DNA of 64,000 nucleotides from contig CBDCWI010000002.1 in the NCBI GenBank assembly GCA_965223325.1, forward strand, positions 1,664,001 through 1,728,000, given 5' to 3'. The notes under the pieces were generated by a model. The model was not told the DNA's origin. It worked only from the letters and a program-made list of their open reading frames with translations, and searched no databases. Position 1 is the first letter of the stretch. Each line of letters starts with the position of its first letter. Below, one piece after another: positions 29,820-40,051 of the stretch. The DNA is from Candidatus Multivoradales bacterium. GTDB lineage: Bacteria > Acidobacteriota > Thermoanaerobaculia > Multivoradales > Multivoraceae. Position numbers and translations under genes: made by a program.

Positions 29820-30620
29820 CTACTCCCACTCGAGGTTGCCGCACACGCCCAGCGCCTGGCCGGTGATGTGGGACGCAGCATCGGACGCCAGGAAAAGCAC
29901 CGCTTCGGCAACGTCGGAAGCGCTGATCCAGGTGCGCATCGACACGTGACGCAGAACTTCGGCCTCGGCCTCGTCGCTCGTCTGGCCGTTCTTGCGGGCG
30001 CGGGCTCGCACGAGCTTCTGGCTTTCCGCGTCGTCGATCATCCCGGGCAGCACAACGTTGCAGCGGATGTTCTCGGGGCCGAGCTCCCGGGCGGCGTTGG
30101 ACGACAGGGCCACCAGGCCGGCCATCGAGGCCACGTAGGCCGAGCGCCCGGGCATCCCGGTACGTGCCGCCGTCGAGGCGACGTTGATGATGGCTCCGGC
30201 GCGCTTCGGGCGCAGCACGCGCGCCGCCTGGCGCAAACAACGGAACGCACCGGTCAGGTTGGCGTTCAGGTTCTCGGCAAAGGCCTCGGGCTCGAGGTCC
30301 CAAAGGGCTCTTCGGGTGCCCCGATCGCCGGCGCAGTGGACAAAGACATCGAGGCCATCCATCCAGCCCAGCGCCTCGGAAAACAGTTCTTCAACGTCGG
30401 ACGATGACGAGCAGTCAGTCACCGAGCCGTGCAGGCCTGGGTACTCTCCCAGGACCTCGGCGACGCGCTGCGCCGAGTCGTCACCAATATGCACCCGGGC
30501 GCCGTCGTTCCAGAACGCCCGCGCGACGGCCAACCCGATATCGCTGGCACCGCCAGTGACGACGACACGCTGGACCGGGCGCTCGCGCTCGGGGCTCTGC
30601 AGATCGAGAGGTTCCTGCAT
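29820..30620 (-). CDS. Short-chain dehydrogenase/reductase with atypical motifs
   Basis: VTGGASDIG, IINVAS, YVASM in place of YxxxK, NIRCNVVLPG, ITGQAL. Confidence 0.85.
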   Translation of the reverse strand: MQEPLDLQSPERERPVQRVVVTGGASDIGLAVARAFWNDGARVHIGDDSAQRVAEVLGEYPGLHGSVTDCSSSSDVEELFSEALGWMDGLDVFVHCAGDRGTRRALWDLEPEAFAENLNANLTGAFRCLRQAARVLRPKRAGAIINVASTAARTGMPGRSAYVASMAGLVALSSNAARELGPENIRCNVVLPGMIDDAESQKLVRARARKNGQTSDEAEAEVLRHVSMRTWISASDVAEAVLFLASDAASHITGQALGVCGNLEWE

Positions 30621-30714
30621 CGCGGTCAGTGAATCTGCTGCATCATGAGAACTGGTCGGAAGGATTGGCGAGGCTATCAGCCTGCGAAAGTGACACCTCT
30701 GAGGTGGCCGACCG

Positions 30715-31497
30715 TCAGAGGTCGTCGAAACGCCCTCCGCGCCCCTTGCCGCTAGAGAAGCGGGCCGCGCCGGGGATCGCTTCGCCTTCGATGACCTCGA
30801 CACCTGCCCTGAACTCCTCTTCCAGGGCCTTTTTGAACCCGGCGTCGAAGGAGCCGTAGGCCGAGCGACGATCGGTGCGCAGGCAGCGCTGGGGGAAACG
30901 GGTCAGCTCGAGGGCGAGCTCCTCCGCCGCAGCACGCGCTTCGCCGGGCTCGACGAGGCGATTGACCAGTCCCATTTCCAACGCTTCCGGCGCCTCCACG
31001 GGACGCCCGGTCAGAATCAGATCGAGCGCTCGGCTGAGGCCGATGAGCCGCGGCAGGCGAACGGTTCCGCCATCGATCAGAGGCACACCCCAACGTCGAC
31101 AAAACACGCCGAGCACGGCGTCACGCTCTGCCACCCGCAGGTCACACCACAGCGCCAGCTCGAGGCCGCCGGCGACAGCGTGTCCAGCGATGCCGGCGAC
31201 TACTGGCTTCTCGAGCACCATGCGGCTCGGCCCCATCGGCCCATCGGCCTCGGCAAACTCGGCCGCCCGATAACGCACCGCCCGTTCGCCGCTGGCGACG
31301 GCGTGCAAGTCGGCACCGGCACAGAACGCCTTGCCTTCTCCCCACAGGACTCCGGCAAGTGCCTCGTCGTCGGCTTCGAAGGCACGAAAGGCGTCGGCGA
31401 GCGCCTCGGCGGTCTGGTTGTCAACGGCGTTACGAACCTCGGGGCGCGACAGGATGACGGTAGTGACCGGCCCCTTCTTCTCGACTCTCACACTCAA
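30715..31497 (-). CDS. Enoyl-CoA hydratase/crotonase family protein
   Basis: RPEVRNAVD, FCAGADL, AVAGGLELALWCDLR, RRWGVPLIDGG; TTG start overlaps the sulfatase stop. Confidence 0.9.
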   Translation of the reverse strand: MSVRVEKKGPVTTVILSRPEVRNAVDNQTAEALADAFRAFEADDEALAGVLWGEGKAFCAGADLHAVASGERAVRYRAAEFAEADGPMGPSRMVLEKPVVAGIAGHAVAGGLELALWCDLRVAERDAVLGVFCRRWGVPLIDGGTVRLPRLIGLSRALDLILTGRPVEAPEALEMGLVNRLVEPGEARAAAEELALELTRFPQRCLRTDRRSAYGSFDAGFKKALEEEFRAGVEVIEGEAIPGAARFSSGKGRGGRFDDL

Positions 31498-33248
31498 GGT
31501 CCGGACCCCTCCCGAGAGGCGAGATCGATCTCGAGGTCCCGGCTGTCGTAGTACCCGAGACGGCCGGCTCGGGCGCGCAGCGTTCCAGTTTGGGGGGCCG
31601 CAATACGCCCGTTGTAGAGCTTCCACGCCGGTTCGACGTCCTCGCCCCGGTCCTCACCTTCGACGCGCCAAACGATGGCCGCCCCTTCGGTCGCGGTTCT
31701 CAGCTCGAATTCCCAGGCGCCCGCCTGCTCTTTCTTCGACTGCACCACCGGTGCCGCAACCGTCAGATCACGCTCTGGGGGACGAAGAAGCGCCAACAAC
31801 TCACCTTCAGAGAGATCGCCGAGGTCGCCGGTTCTCTCCTTCCAGGCACGGAGCGCCTCTCGCATGGCGTCCAGCTGCGCCTGTTCTTTCGCACCCAAGG
31901 TCGCCTCGGCGGCGGCGAGGTTGTGGGTCTCATCCGGATCGACCTCGAGGTCGTAGAACTCTTCGGGAGGCTTCGATCTCGCCATGAAGGCTGCCGCCGC
32001 TCCCTCGAGACCACCATCCTCCGCCGCCAATCGACGCAGCTCCTGCATCGTGGGCATCTGGTCCATGTAGCTGATGTGCTGGGCGTAGGGCAGACGAGGC
32101 ATGGCGTTCAGGAGGTACTTGTAGCGCCGGCTTCGAACGGCACGAATCAGATCGTAGGTCTCATCCATGCGATCGCGAGCAGCGAAGACGAACTCCGGCT
32201 CGGGTTCGGTTTCCGGCCCCAGAAAGACGCGGCCCGGCAGCCCCGGCGGACGCTTCGCGCCGGCGAGCGCCAGCATCGTGGGGGCGAAGTCGACGAAGCT
32301 CACCAGCTCTCCGCTCACGGTCCCGGCTTCGATGACCCCCGGCCAGCGAACGAGAAGCGGAACCCGAATGCCCGAGTCCCACAACCAGCGCTTGGCGCGC
32401 GGCAGACCGCGACCATGGTCGGCGAAGAAAAGCACCACGGTGTTCTGGGCCAAGCCGTCTTCTTCGAGCTCCGCCAGGATGCGCCCGACCTCGAGATCTG
32501 CCGCCGTCACCAGTTCGTAGTAGCGCGCCAGATCGGCTCGCACCACTCGAGTGTCGGGATAGTACGGCGGCACGATGACCGCTTCCGGATCCTGGCGGTC
32601 CGCCGGCGTGAGCTGGGCGGTGGCCGTCTGAAAGGCGTTTTCGGGTAGGCGGATGCGACTCTCGTGCGTCACGAAGACGTCGAAGACGGCGAAGAACGGC
32701 TGCTTCGCGTCCGGACGGTTGCGCCAGTGCGCCTCGCGGCCACTCTCGTCCCACACCCCGAGGGGTGGCCGACTCACGCTCCGTCGCACATCTTCGCCCT
32801 CCGGTTGCCCAGCGAGGCGCGAGGTGACTTCGAACGGCGCCAGGTTGTAGTCGATCTTGGCGTTGTTGCTGGTGTAGTACCCAGCACGCCGCAGCGCCAT
32901 CGGGAAGGCCTTGACCGAGGGCGGCGGCACGCCCCAGGAGCGCATGTGATGAGTCCCGATCGTGGTCGGGAACTGCCCGGTCACCAGGGCCGAACGGCTG
33001 GGGGCGCACACTCCCGCGATCGAGAATGCGCGGTCGAAGCGCTGCCCCTCGGCCGCCAGGCGATCGAGGTGGGGTGTGCGCGCAACCGGGTCACCGTAGG
33101 CACCGAGATCCGGACTCATGTCGTCGGCCACGATCCAGACGATGTTGGGGCTCGGCGCGAGCTCGTCGGCGGCCTGACCGGGTTGCGACCACGCCAGTGA
33201 AACCAGAGAGAGCGCCACGAGACGGGCGCAGAGGTTCGCCCTCTTCAT
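31494..33248 (-). CDS. Exported formylglycine-type sulfatase
   Basis: Signal peptide; PNIVWIVADD, CAPSRSALVTG, ADHG, VSFVDFAPT. Confidence 0.92.
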   Translation of the reverse strand: MKRANLCARLVALSLVSLAWSQPGQAADELAPSPNIVWIVADDMSPDLGAYGDPVARTPHLDRLAAEGQRFDRAFSIAGVCAPSRSALVTGQFPTTIGTHHMRSWGVPPPSVKAFPMALRRAGYYTSNNAKIDYNLAPFEVTSRLAGQPEGEDVRRSVSRPPLGVWDESGREAHWRNRPDAKQPFFAVFDVFVTHESRIRLPENAFQTATAQLTPADRQDPEAVIVPPYYPDTRVVRADLARYYELVTAADLEVGRILAELEEDGLAQNTVVLFFADHGRGLPRAKRWLWDSGIRVPLLVRWPGVIEAGTVSGELVSFVDFAPTMLALAGAKRPPGLPGRVFLGPETEPEPEFVFAARDRMDETYDLIRAVRSRRYKYLLNAMPRLPYAQHISYMDQMPTMQELRRLAAEDGGLEGAAAAFMARSKPPEEFYDLEVDPDETHNLAAAEATLGAKEQAQLDAMREALRAWKERTGDLGDLSEGELLALLRPPERDLTVAAPVVQSKKEQAGAWEFELRTATEGAAIVWRVEGEDRGEDVEPAWKLYNGRIAAPQTGTLRARAGRLGYYDSRDLEIDLASREGSGP

Positions 33249-34294
33249 AGGCGATGCTCGATTCCGCGCTCCTCGCACAAACCGCGCAGGTAGTCGATGA
33301 CTCCGTCGTGCAGAGGAATGCCGTGGGCCGAACGCTCAGCCCGATCGGCCGCCTCCTTGACGCCGGCGTAGATCACCGGTTCGCCCTCAGAACGCGCCGG
33401 CGTTTCGCGAAGCCGCCGTAGGTACGAGTCCATCTCCGCCTTGACTTCTTCCGCCGGGCGGAAGGCGTCGATCCGCATGGCGCCAAAGAAGTGGCCGACC
33501 GAACTGCCGAGGTCGTCATCAATTCCGGCGCCGGCACCCGACAAGAGCCCGCTCAAGATGTCGACGACCATGGCCAGCGAATAGCCCTTGTGACTACCGA
33601 GCTCATAGGTCCCGCCCAGTGGCAGCAGGTTGAAGGCTTCGAACGCCGCCTTGGCGTCGGTGGTGATCTCGCCTTCACTATCGGCCGCCCAACCGGGTGG
33701 AATCGGCCTCCCGGCGCGCATCGCCAGCATGATCTTGCCGAGCGGCACGGCGCTGGTCGCCATGTCGAGCAGAAACGGCGGCTCCTGAGCAGTCGGGACC
33801 GCAACCGCGATCGGGTTCGTACCGACCGCGGCGCGCTTGCCGTGGGTTGGCGCCACCAGCTTGTCGGAGTTGGTCAGCGACAGCCCGATCATGTCGTGCT
33901 CGACGGCCATTCTCGAGTAGTGCCCTGCAGCCCCGTAGTGACGGGAATTGCGCACCGCGACCGCAGCGAGACCGGTTTCACGGGCTTTCTCGATCGCCAG
34001 CTGCATGGCGCGCGTGCCGATCACATGCCCCATCCCACCACCGCCATCGATCAGCGCCGTCGCGTTGGTCTCATGCACGACCTCGATTCTCGGGTTGGCC
34101 TCGATGGTGCCCTTCTCGAGCCCCGGTGCGTAGATCAGCTGGATGTAGTTCGATACGCCATGAGAAGACACCCCCATGAGGTCAGCCTCGACGAGCGCGT
34201 CGGCAACGAAGCCCGCGTCCTCGGGCGGCAGAGCGAACGACTCGAAAAGTGCCTTCACTGTCGCTCGTAGATCTTCCGGCGCTACCCTTTGCAT
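33245..34294 (-). CDS. Ldh_2 family (malate/L-lactate/sulfolactate dehydrogenase-like) oxidoreductase
   Basis: GVSSHG, SRHYGAAG, GTNPIA, LDMATS, HKGYSL. Confidence 0.9.
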   Translation of the reverse strand: MQRVAPEDLRATVKALFESFALPPEDAGFVADALVEADLMGVSSHGVSNYIQLIYAPGLEKGTIEANPRIEVVHETNATALIDGGGGMGHVIGTRAMQLAIEKARETGLAAVAVRNSRHYGAAGHYSRMAVEHDMIGLSLTNSDKLVAPTHGKRAAVGTNPIAVAVPTAQEPPFLLDMATSAVPLGKIMLAMRAGRPIPPGWAADSEGEITTDAKAAFEAFNLLPLGGTYELGSHKGYSLAMVVDILSGLLSGAGAGIDDDLGSSVGHFFGAMRIDAFRPAEEVKAEMDSYLRRLRETPARSEGEPVIYAGVKEAADRAERSAHGIPLHDGVIDYLRGLCEERGIEHRL

Positions 34295-34466
34295 GGTCCC
34301 TGGGGGCTCCTTCCCGATTCTTTTTCACGCCCGGCCTCTCCTCTGATGAAACATCACAGGCTCCAGTGCTAGAAACTTGACCCGAAGCTGGTTGGATGCG
34401 GCGTATCATAGCTGCCGTTGCGCACCATCAGGTTTCAGACCGAGAGGTCAATGCTGGGAGTTCTGC

Positions 34467-35894
34467 ATGAGTATTGAGATCGCCTCCGGGCCAGGATCAG
34501 CCGAAAGACCACTTCGTGTCGCGATCGTTGGCTCGGGCCCGTCGGGCTTCTACGCCGCCGCCGCGCTCTTCAAAGCCGAAGGGTTATGCGTCGAGGTCGA
34601 CATGTTTGATCGCCTGCCCACCCCCTTCGGTCTGGTACGCGGAGGGGTTGCGCCCGACCACCAGAAGATCAAGAACGTCATTCGGGTCTACAACAAGACC
34701 GCGTCACATGAAAGCTTTCGTTTCCTCGGCAACGTGCACATTGGGCGAGACATCAAAGTGGCCGTTCTCAGCCGTCACTACGACCAGGTGGTCTGGGCGA
34801 TCGGCAATGAATCCGATCGACGGATGAACCTGCCTGGCGAAGATCTGCCTGGGGTTCACTCGGCAACCGAATTCGTCGGCTGGTACAACGGCCATCCTGA
34901 CTTTCAGCACCTCGACTTCGATCTGGCAGCCGCACACTCCGTGGCGGTGGTAGGCAACGGCAACGTGTCCATGGACGTAGCGCGGATTCTCGCGCAACCA
35001 GCCGAAGAGCTCGCCCCAACCGATATCACCGAACGCGCCCTCGAGGCTCTCCGGAAGAGCTCGGTCGAAGACATCTACATCCTCGGTCGGCGCGGACCGG
35101 CCCAGGCTGCTTTCTCGCCGAAAGAGATCAAGGAAGTCGGCAGTCTCGAAGACTGCTCGCTCCTGGTCGACAAGAACGACGCCACCCTCGATGAGCTCTC
35201 GAGCTCCTGGCTCGAGGAACACGCTCCCAACTCGGCGAAGAAGAACGTCGCCTACCTCCAAGAAATCGCCGGCACCGGCACGAAAGATGCCAAGCGGCGC
35301 GTTCACTGCCGCTTCCTGGTGTCACCGGTCGAGTTTCTAGGCGACGGGCGGCTCGAGAAGGTGCGCATCGAACACAACGAGCTCCACCCTGACGACCGCG
35401 GCACACCGCGACCGCGAGGCACCGGGCAGAGCGAAGAGCTGGCCGTCGACCTGGTGTTCAAAGCGGTCGGCTACCGTGGGGTGCCGCTCGAGGGCCTGCC
35501 CTTTCGAGAAGACTGGGGCATCGTGCCGAACGAAGCCGGGCGGGTCCAGACCAGCGCCGACGGCGACGTTCTACCGAGTCACTACGTCGTCGGCTGGGCG
35601 AAACGTGGCCCAAGTGGTCTGATCGGCACCAACGGGCCTGACTCACAAGCCACCGTCGAAGTGATGATCGAGGACCTTTTGGCCGGCAAGCTGGTGGAAG
35701 CCGAGGCCCCGGACCGCGACGCGATTCTGGCTGCCCTCGAAGCGGCGAACGTCGACCCGGTGAGCTTCGCTGACTGGCAACGTCTCGATGCCGACGAGGT
35801 CGAACGCGGCGAGAAGGTCGGCAAGGTGCGCGAGAAGTACACCGATGTCGAAGCGATGATGAACTCCGTCCGTCGGCTGCGCTCCCCTGCCTGA
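34467..35894 (+). CDS. Ferredoxin-NADP+ reductase (FprA/adrenodoxin reductase-like)
   Basis: VGSGPSGFY, PFGLVRGGVAPDH, FVGWYNGHP, GNGNVSMD, GRRGPAQA, GWAKRGPSGLIG. Confidence 0.92.
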   Translation: MSIEIASGPGSAERPLRVAIVGSGPSGFYAAAALFKAEGLCVEVDMFDRLPTPFGLVRGGVAPDHQKIKNVIRVYNKTASHESFRFLGNVHIGRDIKVAVLSRHYDQVVWAIGNESDRRMNLPGEDLPGVHSATEFVGWYNGHPDFQHLDFDLAAAHSVAVVGNGNVSMDVARILAQPAEELAPTDITERALEALRKSSVEDIYILGRRGPAQAAFSPKEIKEVGSLEDCSLLVDKNDATLDELSSSWLEEHAPNSAKKNVAYLQEIAGTGTKDAKRRVHCRFLVSPVEFLGDGRLEKVRIEHNELHPDDRGTPRPRGTGQSEELAVDLVFKAVGYRGVPLEGLPFREDWGIVPNEAGRVQTSADGDVLPSHYVVGWAKRGPSGLIGTNGPDSQATVEVMIEDLLAGKLVEAEAPDRDAILAALEAANVDPVSFADWQRLDADEVERGEKVGKVREKYTDVEAMMNSVRRLRSPA

Positions 35895-35982
35895 GGAGAC
35901 CGCTTCGCCCGTCGAGCCCCCGTACCAGCGACGCCCTCACGACCGGGAGTCCAGGACGACCGGCGGGCCGCGATGGCTCGCT

Positions 35983-37386
35983 GTGCTCGTGGCCCTCTAT
36001 GTCGCGGTCGGAGTGCTGGCCCTTTCGTGGGTCGCCTGGTTGCTGAAAGGCGACGTCTTCGGACATTACGCAGTCGCCGGACCCCTCTCCGACCGCACCA
36101 TCACCTTCCTGGCGGTGCTGATCGCCTGGCTGCTGGCAGGTTGGGTTCTCTTGCTGGTGCAGCAAGGCCGGATCCGGACCGGCAACGCTCTCTTCTGGTG
36201 TTGTTTCTTCGCCACCGCGTTTCTCTTTCTCAACGTTGTCCGCGAGCGCCCCGAGCCGGGAGATGCGAGAGACTACGCCGCGGCCGCCATCGAGGTCCAT
36301 CGCGGGGAACCGGTGCACGATCGCTACCTCTACCCACCCCTTCTGGCGGTCGCCCTCTCGCCGCTCGCCCCCCTGGGGACCGGCGTCATCACGACTGTCC
36401 TCTTGGCCGGCAACTACGCGGCGCTTCTTCTGTTCTTCGTGCTACTCGCCCGAACGCTCGAACGGTACGGTTTCGAGAACCGCACCGCCGTCCTCGTCAC
36501 CTTCGCGATGTTCGTCGGCAATGCGCCGCTTCTGCGCAACCTGGTCTACCTGCAGGTCAATCTGCACGTTGCCAACCTGATCCTCGGCTGTCTGCTGCTC
36601 TTCGGCGAGGCGCACAAAGGCACGACCCGATTGAGAATCGCAGGATCAGCCTTCTGCCTCGCGCTCGCGACCCACCTCAAGGTCGTGCCGCTGGTTCTGT
36701 TGCTGCCCTTTATCGTCACCCGTCGCGTGCGCTGGCTGGTGGCCTACTTGGCGTCGCTAGCAGGCATTGTGCTCGCAACCGTAGTCGCTGGCGGCGGACC
36801 GTACTACCAGCAGTTCCTGCAGCGCGCCTCGGGTTGGCGCAATGCCAACCTCGGCCTCCAGTTTCGCAACAACTCCTGGGACTCGCTGGTCCAGTCGTTC
36901 CTGTGGGCCGGCGATCGCCAGATCAGTGCCAGCGAGGCGCGCTGGGGACAGGCCATCGTGGCCATCCTGGTGATTGCCACCATCACCGGGCTTTCAACCC
37001 TCACCGCCATCCACATCAAGAACCGCACCTTCTCACCCGATGGCGGCGAAACCGGCGACCGCCCGAGCCCAACCGCCAGGGTGATGGACGGCATCATTGC
37101 CAGCCTCTTCTTGATGGTCCTCGTCTCGCCGCTGGTCTGGAGTCACCACCTGGTAGTCCTCATGCTGCCCGCCGCGGTGCTGCTCTTGCGACTTCGAAAG
37201 CCAGCGCAGGCGGCCTCGTGGGCCACCGCCTACTTCATGGTCTTTCTGGTGCCGACCTTCGACTTCTTCCCGCTCTCGTTCGCCCGTCTCTTCGGGATTT
37301 GCCTGTTCATCGCTCTCTTGGTTGTTCTCCGCCACCGGCCGACAGAAGAACCGCCGCTCGAGCGCGCTCTTGCCCGGCTCTTTTGA
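35983..37386 (+). CDS. GT87/DUF2029-like polytopic membrane glycosyltransferase
   Basis: YLYPP, LQVN, HLKVVP, SPLVWSHHLV; many TM helices; start uncertain. Confidence 0.75.
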   Translation: MLVALYVAVGVLALSWVAWLLKGDVFGHYAVAGPLSDRTITFLAVLIAWLLAGWVLLLVQQGRIRTGNALFWCCFFATAFLFLNVVRERPEPGDARDYAAAAIEVHRGEPVHDRYLYPPLLAVALSPLAPLGTGVITTVLLAGNYAALLLFFVLLARTLERYGFENRTAVLVTFAMFVGNAPLLRNLVYLQVNLHVANLILGCLLLFGEAHKGTTRLRIAGSAFCLALATHLKVVPLVLLLPFIVTRRVRWLVAYLASLAGIVLATVVAGGGPYYQQFLQRASGWRNANLGLQFRNNSWDSLVQSFLWAGDRQISASEARWGQAIVAILVIATITGLSTLTAIHIKNRTFSPDGGETGDRPSPTARVMDGIIASLFLMVLVSPLVWSHHLVVLMLPAAVLLLRLRKPAQAASWATAYFMVFLVPTFDFFPLSFARLFGICLFIALLVVLRHRPTEEPPLERALARLF

Positions 37387-37416
37387 AGGGTTCCTCGGTG
37401 GCGCTTCTCGCGATGC

Positions 37417-39045
37417 TCACTCCTCGCCCATGTGGGGGTAGGAGATCCCGTAGGGAGGCGTGAAGTTCTCCTTGACCGCGCGCTGCGAAACCCAACGCTG
37501 CAGGTTCAACATCGAACCGGCCTTGTCGTTTGTGCCGGATGCGCGGCTGCCACCGAACGGTTGTTGACCGACGACGGCGCCGGTGGGCTTGTCGTTCATG
37601 TAGAAGTTCCCGGCCGCGTGACGGAGCGCCTTCGCCATCGACACCAGAGCCGCACGGTCCTGAGCGAAGATCGCTCCGGTGAGCGCGTAGTCGCTCGTCG
37701 TGTCGCAGAGCGTGAGCGTTTCGTCGAGCTTTCTGTCGTCGTAGACGAAGACCGTCAACAGCGGCCCGAAGAGCTCTTCCTTCATCAACTCCGCGCGCGG
37801 GTCGTTGCTTACCACGACGGTGGGTTCGATGAAATAGCCGACCGACTTGTCGTAGCCGCCACCGGCAACGACCTCGTAGTCGCCGCTCTTGGCGGTCTCG
37901 ATCGCACCTCTGAGCTTCTCGAAGGAACGTTCGTCGATGACGGCACACATGAAGTTTCGAAAGTCGGTTGGCGATCCCATGGGGGCTTCGTCGAGGTGCC
38001 CGCGCATCATCTCGAGCACCGAGGGCCACAGCGACTTCGGAACGTAGGCGCGCGAGGCGGCGGAGCACTTCTGGCCCTGGTACTCGAAGGCACCGCGAAC
38101 GAGCGCCACCGAAAGGGCTCGGGCGTCGGCACTCGGGTGTGCGAAGACGAAGTCCTTGCCGCCGGTCTCACCGACAATGCGTGGATAGCTACGGTAGGAC
38201 GCGATGTTGTTGCCGATCGTGCCCCACATGCTCTGGAACACCGGCGTCGAGCCGGTGAAGTGAATGCCCGCCAGATCGCCGTTGGCAAGCGCAGGGTCCC
38301 CCACCTGAGCACCGCGACCGGGCAAGAAGTTGATCACCCCCGGCGGCAACCCGGCCTCCTCGAGCAGCTTCATGATCCAGTAGCCAGACAAGAGCGACGT
38401 CGAGGCGGGCTTCCAGAGAACCGAGTTGCCCATCAGCGCGGGCGACGTTGGCAGGTTGCCGGCAATCGAGGTGAAGTTGAACGGCGTCACGGCAAAGACG
38501 AAGCCCTCGAGCGGTCGGTACTCGACGTAGTTCCATATGCCCGGTGCCGAGCGCGGCTGCTGCTGGTACATCTGTTCGGCGTACCAGGGGTTGAACCGCC
38601 AGAAGTCGATCAGCTCACACGCCGAGTCGATCTCGGCCTGGAAGGCCGTCTTCGACTGGTTGAGCATGGTGGCGGCGTTCAGGCGAGCACGCCATGGGCC
38701 AGCCAACAAGTCAGCCGCTTTCAAGAACACCGCAGCGCGCGCCTCGAAGGCCATCTCGGACCACTCGGCCCACGCCTTGCCGGCAGCCGCTGCGGCGAGC
38801 TCGACCTCTTTCGCGCCCACTTGGTGGCCTTTCGCCAGGACGTGGCCGTGATCGTGTGGACACACGACATCGACCACATCGCCGGTGCGCACTTCTTCGC
38901 CACCGATGATGGCAGGGATCTCGATCTCGTTCCCGACCATCGAAGCGAGCGCGCTCTTGAGTTCGTCTTTCTCGCTCGATCCAGGTGCGTAGGAGAGAAT
39001 CGGCTCGTTGATCGGGTGCGGAATTGGGAAGGAACCGTTGGACAT
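37417..39045 (-). CDS. pruA: 1-pyrroline-5-carboxylate (L-glutamate gamma-semialdehyde) dehydrogenase
   Basis: NEPILSYAPGS, PFNFTSI, FTGST, GETGGKDF, EYQGQKCSAASR, EELFGP, QPFGGSRASGTNDKAG. Confidence 0.95.
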   Translation of the reverse strand: MSNGSFPIPHPINEPILSYAPGSSEKDELKSALASMVGNEIEIPAIIGGEEVRTGDVVDVVCPHDHGHVLAKGHQVGAKEVELAAAAAGKAWAEWSEMAFEARAAVFLKAADLLAGPWRARLNAATMLNQSKTAFQAEIDSACELIDFWRFNPWYAEQMYQQQPRSAPGIWNYVEYRPLEGFVFAVTPFNFTSIAGNLPTSPALMGNSVLWKPASTSLLSGYWIMKLLEEAGLPPGVINFLPGRGAQVGDPALANGDLAGIHFTGSTPVFQSMWGTIGNNIASYRSYPRIVGETGGKDFVFAHPSADARALSVALVRGAFEYQGQKCSAASRAYVPKSLWPSVLEMMRGHLDEAPMGSPTDFRNFMCAVIDERSFEKLRGAIETAKSGDYEVVAGGGYDKSVGYFIEPTVVVSNDPRAELMKEELFGPLLTVFVYDDRKLDETLTLCDTTSDYALTGAIFAQDRAALVSMAKALRHAAGNFYMNDKPTGAVVGQQPFGGSRASGTNDKAGSMLNLQRWVSQRAVKENFTPPYGISYPHMGEE

Positions 39046-39557
39046 GAGAAACAGTCTCCGGTAGGTCGCGCGTGGGGCGACAGGAAGGCGCGCCTGGCGT
39101 TGCTCGGTGAGCACCGGGGATAGGCCTCGGTTGAACCTGTTCGAGACGGCGCGAGGATCTTCCTGCATCGTACGAGACGAGGCTTCGACCAGCAACCACC
39201 CGGTCGCCTCGACCAGGCGTCTATGGCAATGCGGCCGGTGACACTCGCAGCGCTCTTCGGAAAGCAGTCTGAAGCCACGCTCAGACCGTGCTCCGAGGAC
39301 TTCCAGGATGTCGACAGCCCTCCTTCTCAAGAACCCCGGCCAGCCCCGCACGGCCCGATGGGCCCACGGCGCTCTGCTCGCCACGGAGTTGCGCCCGATC
39401 TGGCGCCGGAGGTAGCGATGAGCATCAGCGACCCGTTCGGACCTCCACCCGCCAACTTCGACGGCGATGGGGGCGGCGCAACCACCGACTCTGACCTCGG
39501 GCTCGGCAGCAGCGATTTCAGCACGCCTGGAGAGACCCTCGGACTGTTCGGCGACAC

Positions 39558-39782
39558 CTACGCCACCAGCGCGCTCTCAGGCGTATCCGAATCCTGCTTG
39601 GTGAACGCTCGACCGAGCGACAATCGCGGACGCACCGCCGTGAAGTAGTCGGCCGACACGACCTCACCGTGCACAACCCTAAGGTCCCCGTCGATGCCCA
39701 GGGCAGAGGTCGCGAGGCGGTGGGCGGAGAACCCGTCCAGCTGATCGGACGCTTCCTGCGCAACGGTTTTCAAGATCGCCAT
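39558..39782 (-). pseudogene. Fragment of a MacB/ADOP-type ABC permease periplasmic domain
   Basis: VHGEVVSADYFTAVRPRLSLGRAFTKQD...ALVA resembles the GxxVSxxYFxxLG..LGRxF motif; ends at an early stop with no TM or FtsX part. Confidence 0.5.
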
Positions 39783-40016
39783 GTGACAGCCGGCGCACGC
39801 CGTAGTCGCCGCTCTCGAAAACCCGCACCAATCATTCGGGCTCGGGCACCGGCATGGAGCGCCAAAGCGGTCTACGACGACTATAGAAAAAGTTTCCATA
39901 GTCGCCTAAAAGTCATCCCGCTCAGCCACAAGGAACGTCCCGCCCCACAAGCAGAGGAGACGGCCCTGGGGCGGACAAAACTTCTAGACCACAATCCAGA
40001 AAAGTCACGTAAAATT

Positions 40017-40045
40017 TTGACCATAGTCTAGAATTTAGGTACGGT
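40017..40045 (+). promoter_or_regulatory. Sigma70-like promoter for the AAA ATPase, leaderless geometry
   Basis: TTGACC-17 nt-TACGGT, ATG 6 nt downstream at 40052, AT-rich upstream region. Confidence 0.6.
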
Positions 40046-40051
40046 GAAGCC

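Noticed and set aside
37432-39123. 563-aa antisense ORF opposite pruA (and similar long shadows at 4532, 31590, 35973, 45968, 49703)
   Set aside because: Expected in high-GC DNA with biased codon use; no recognisable motifs
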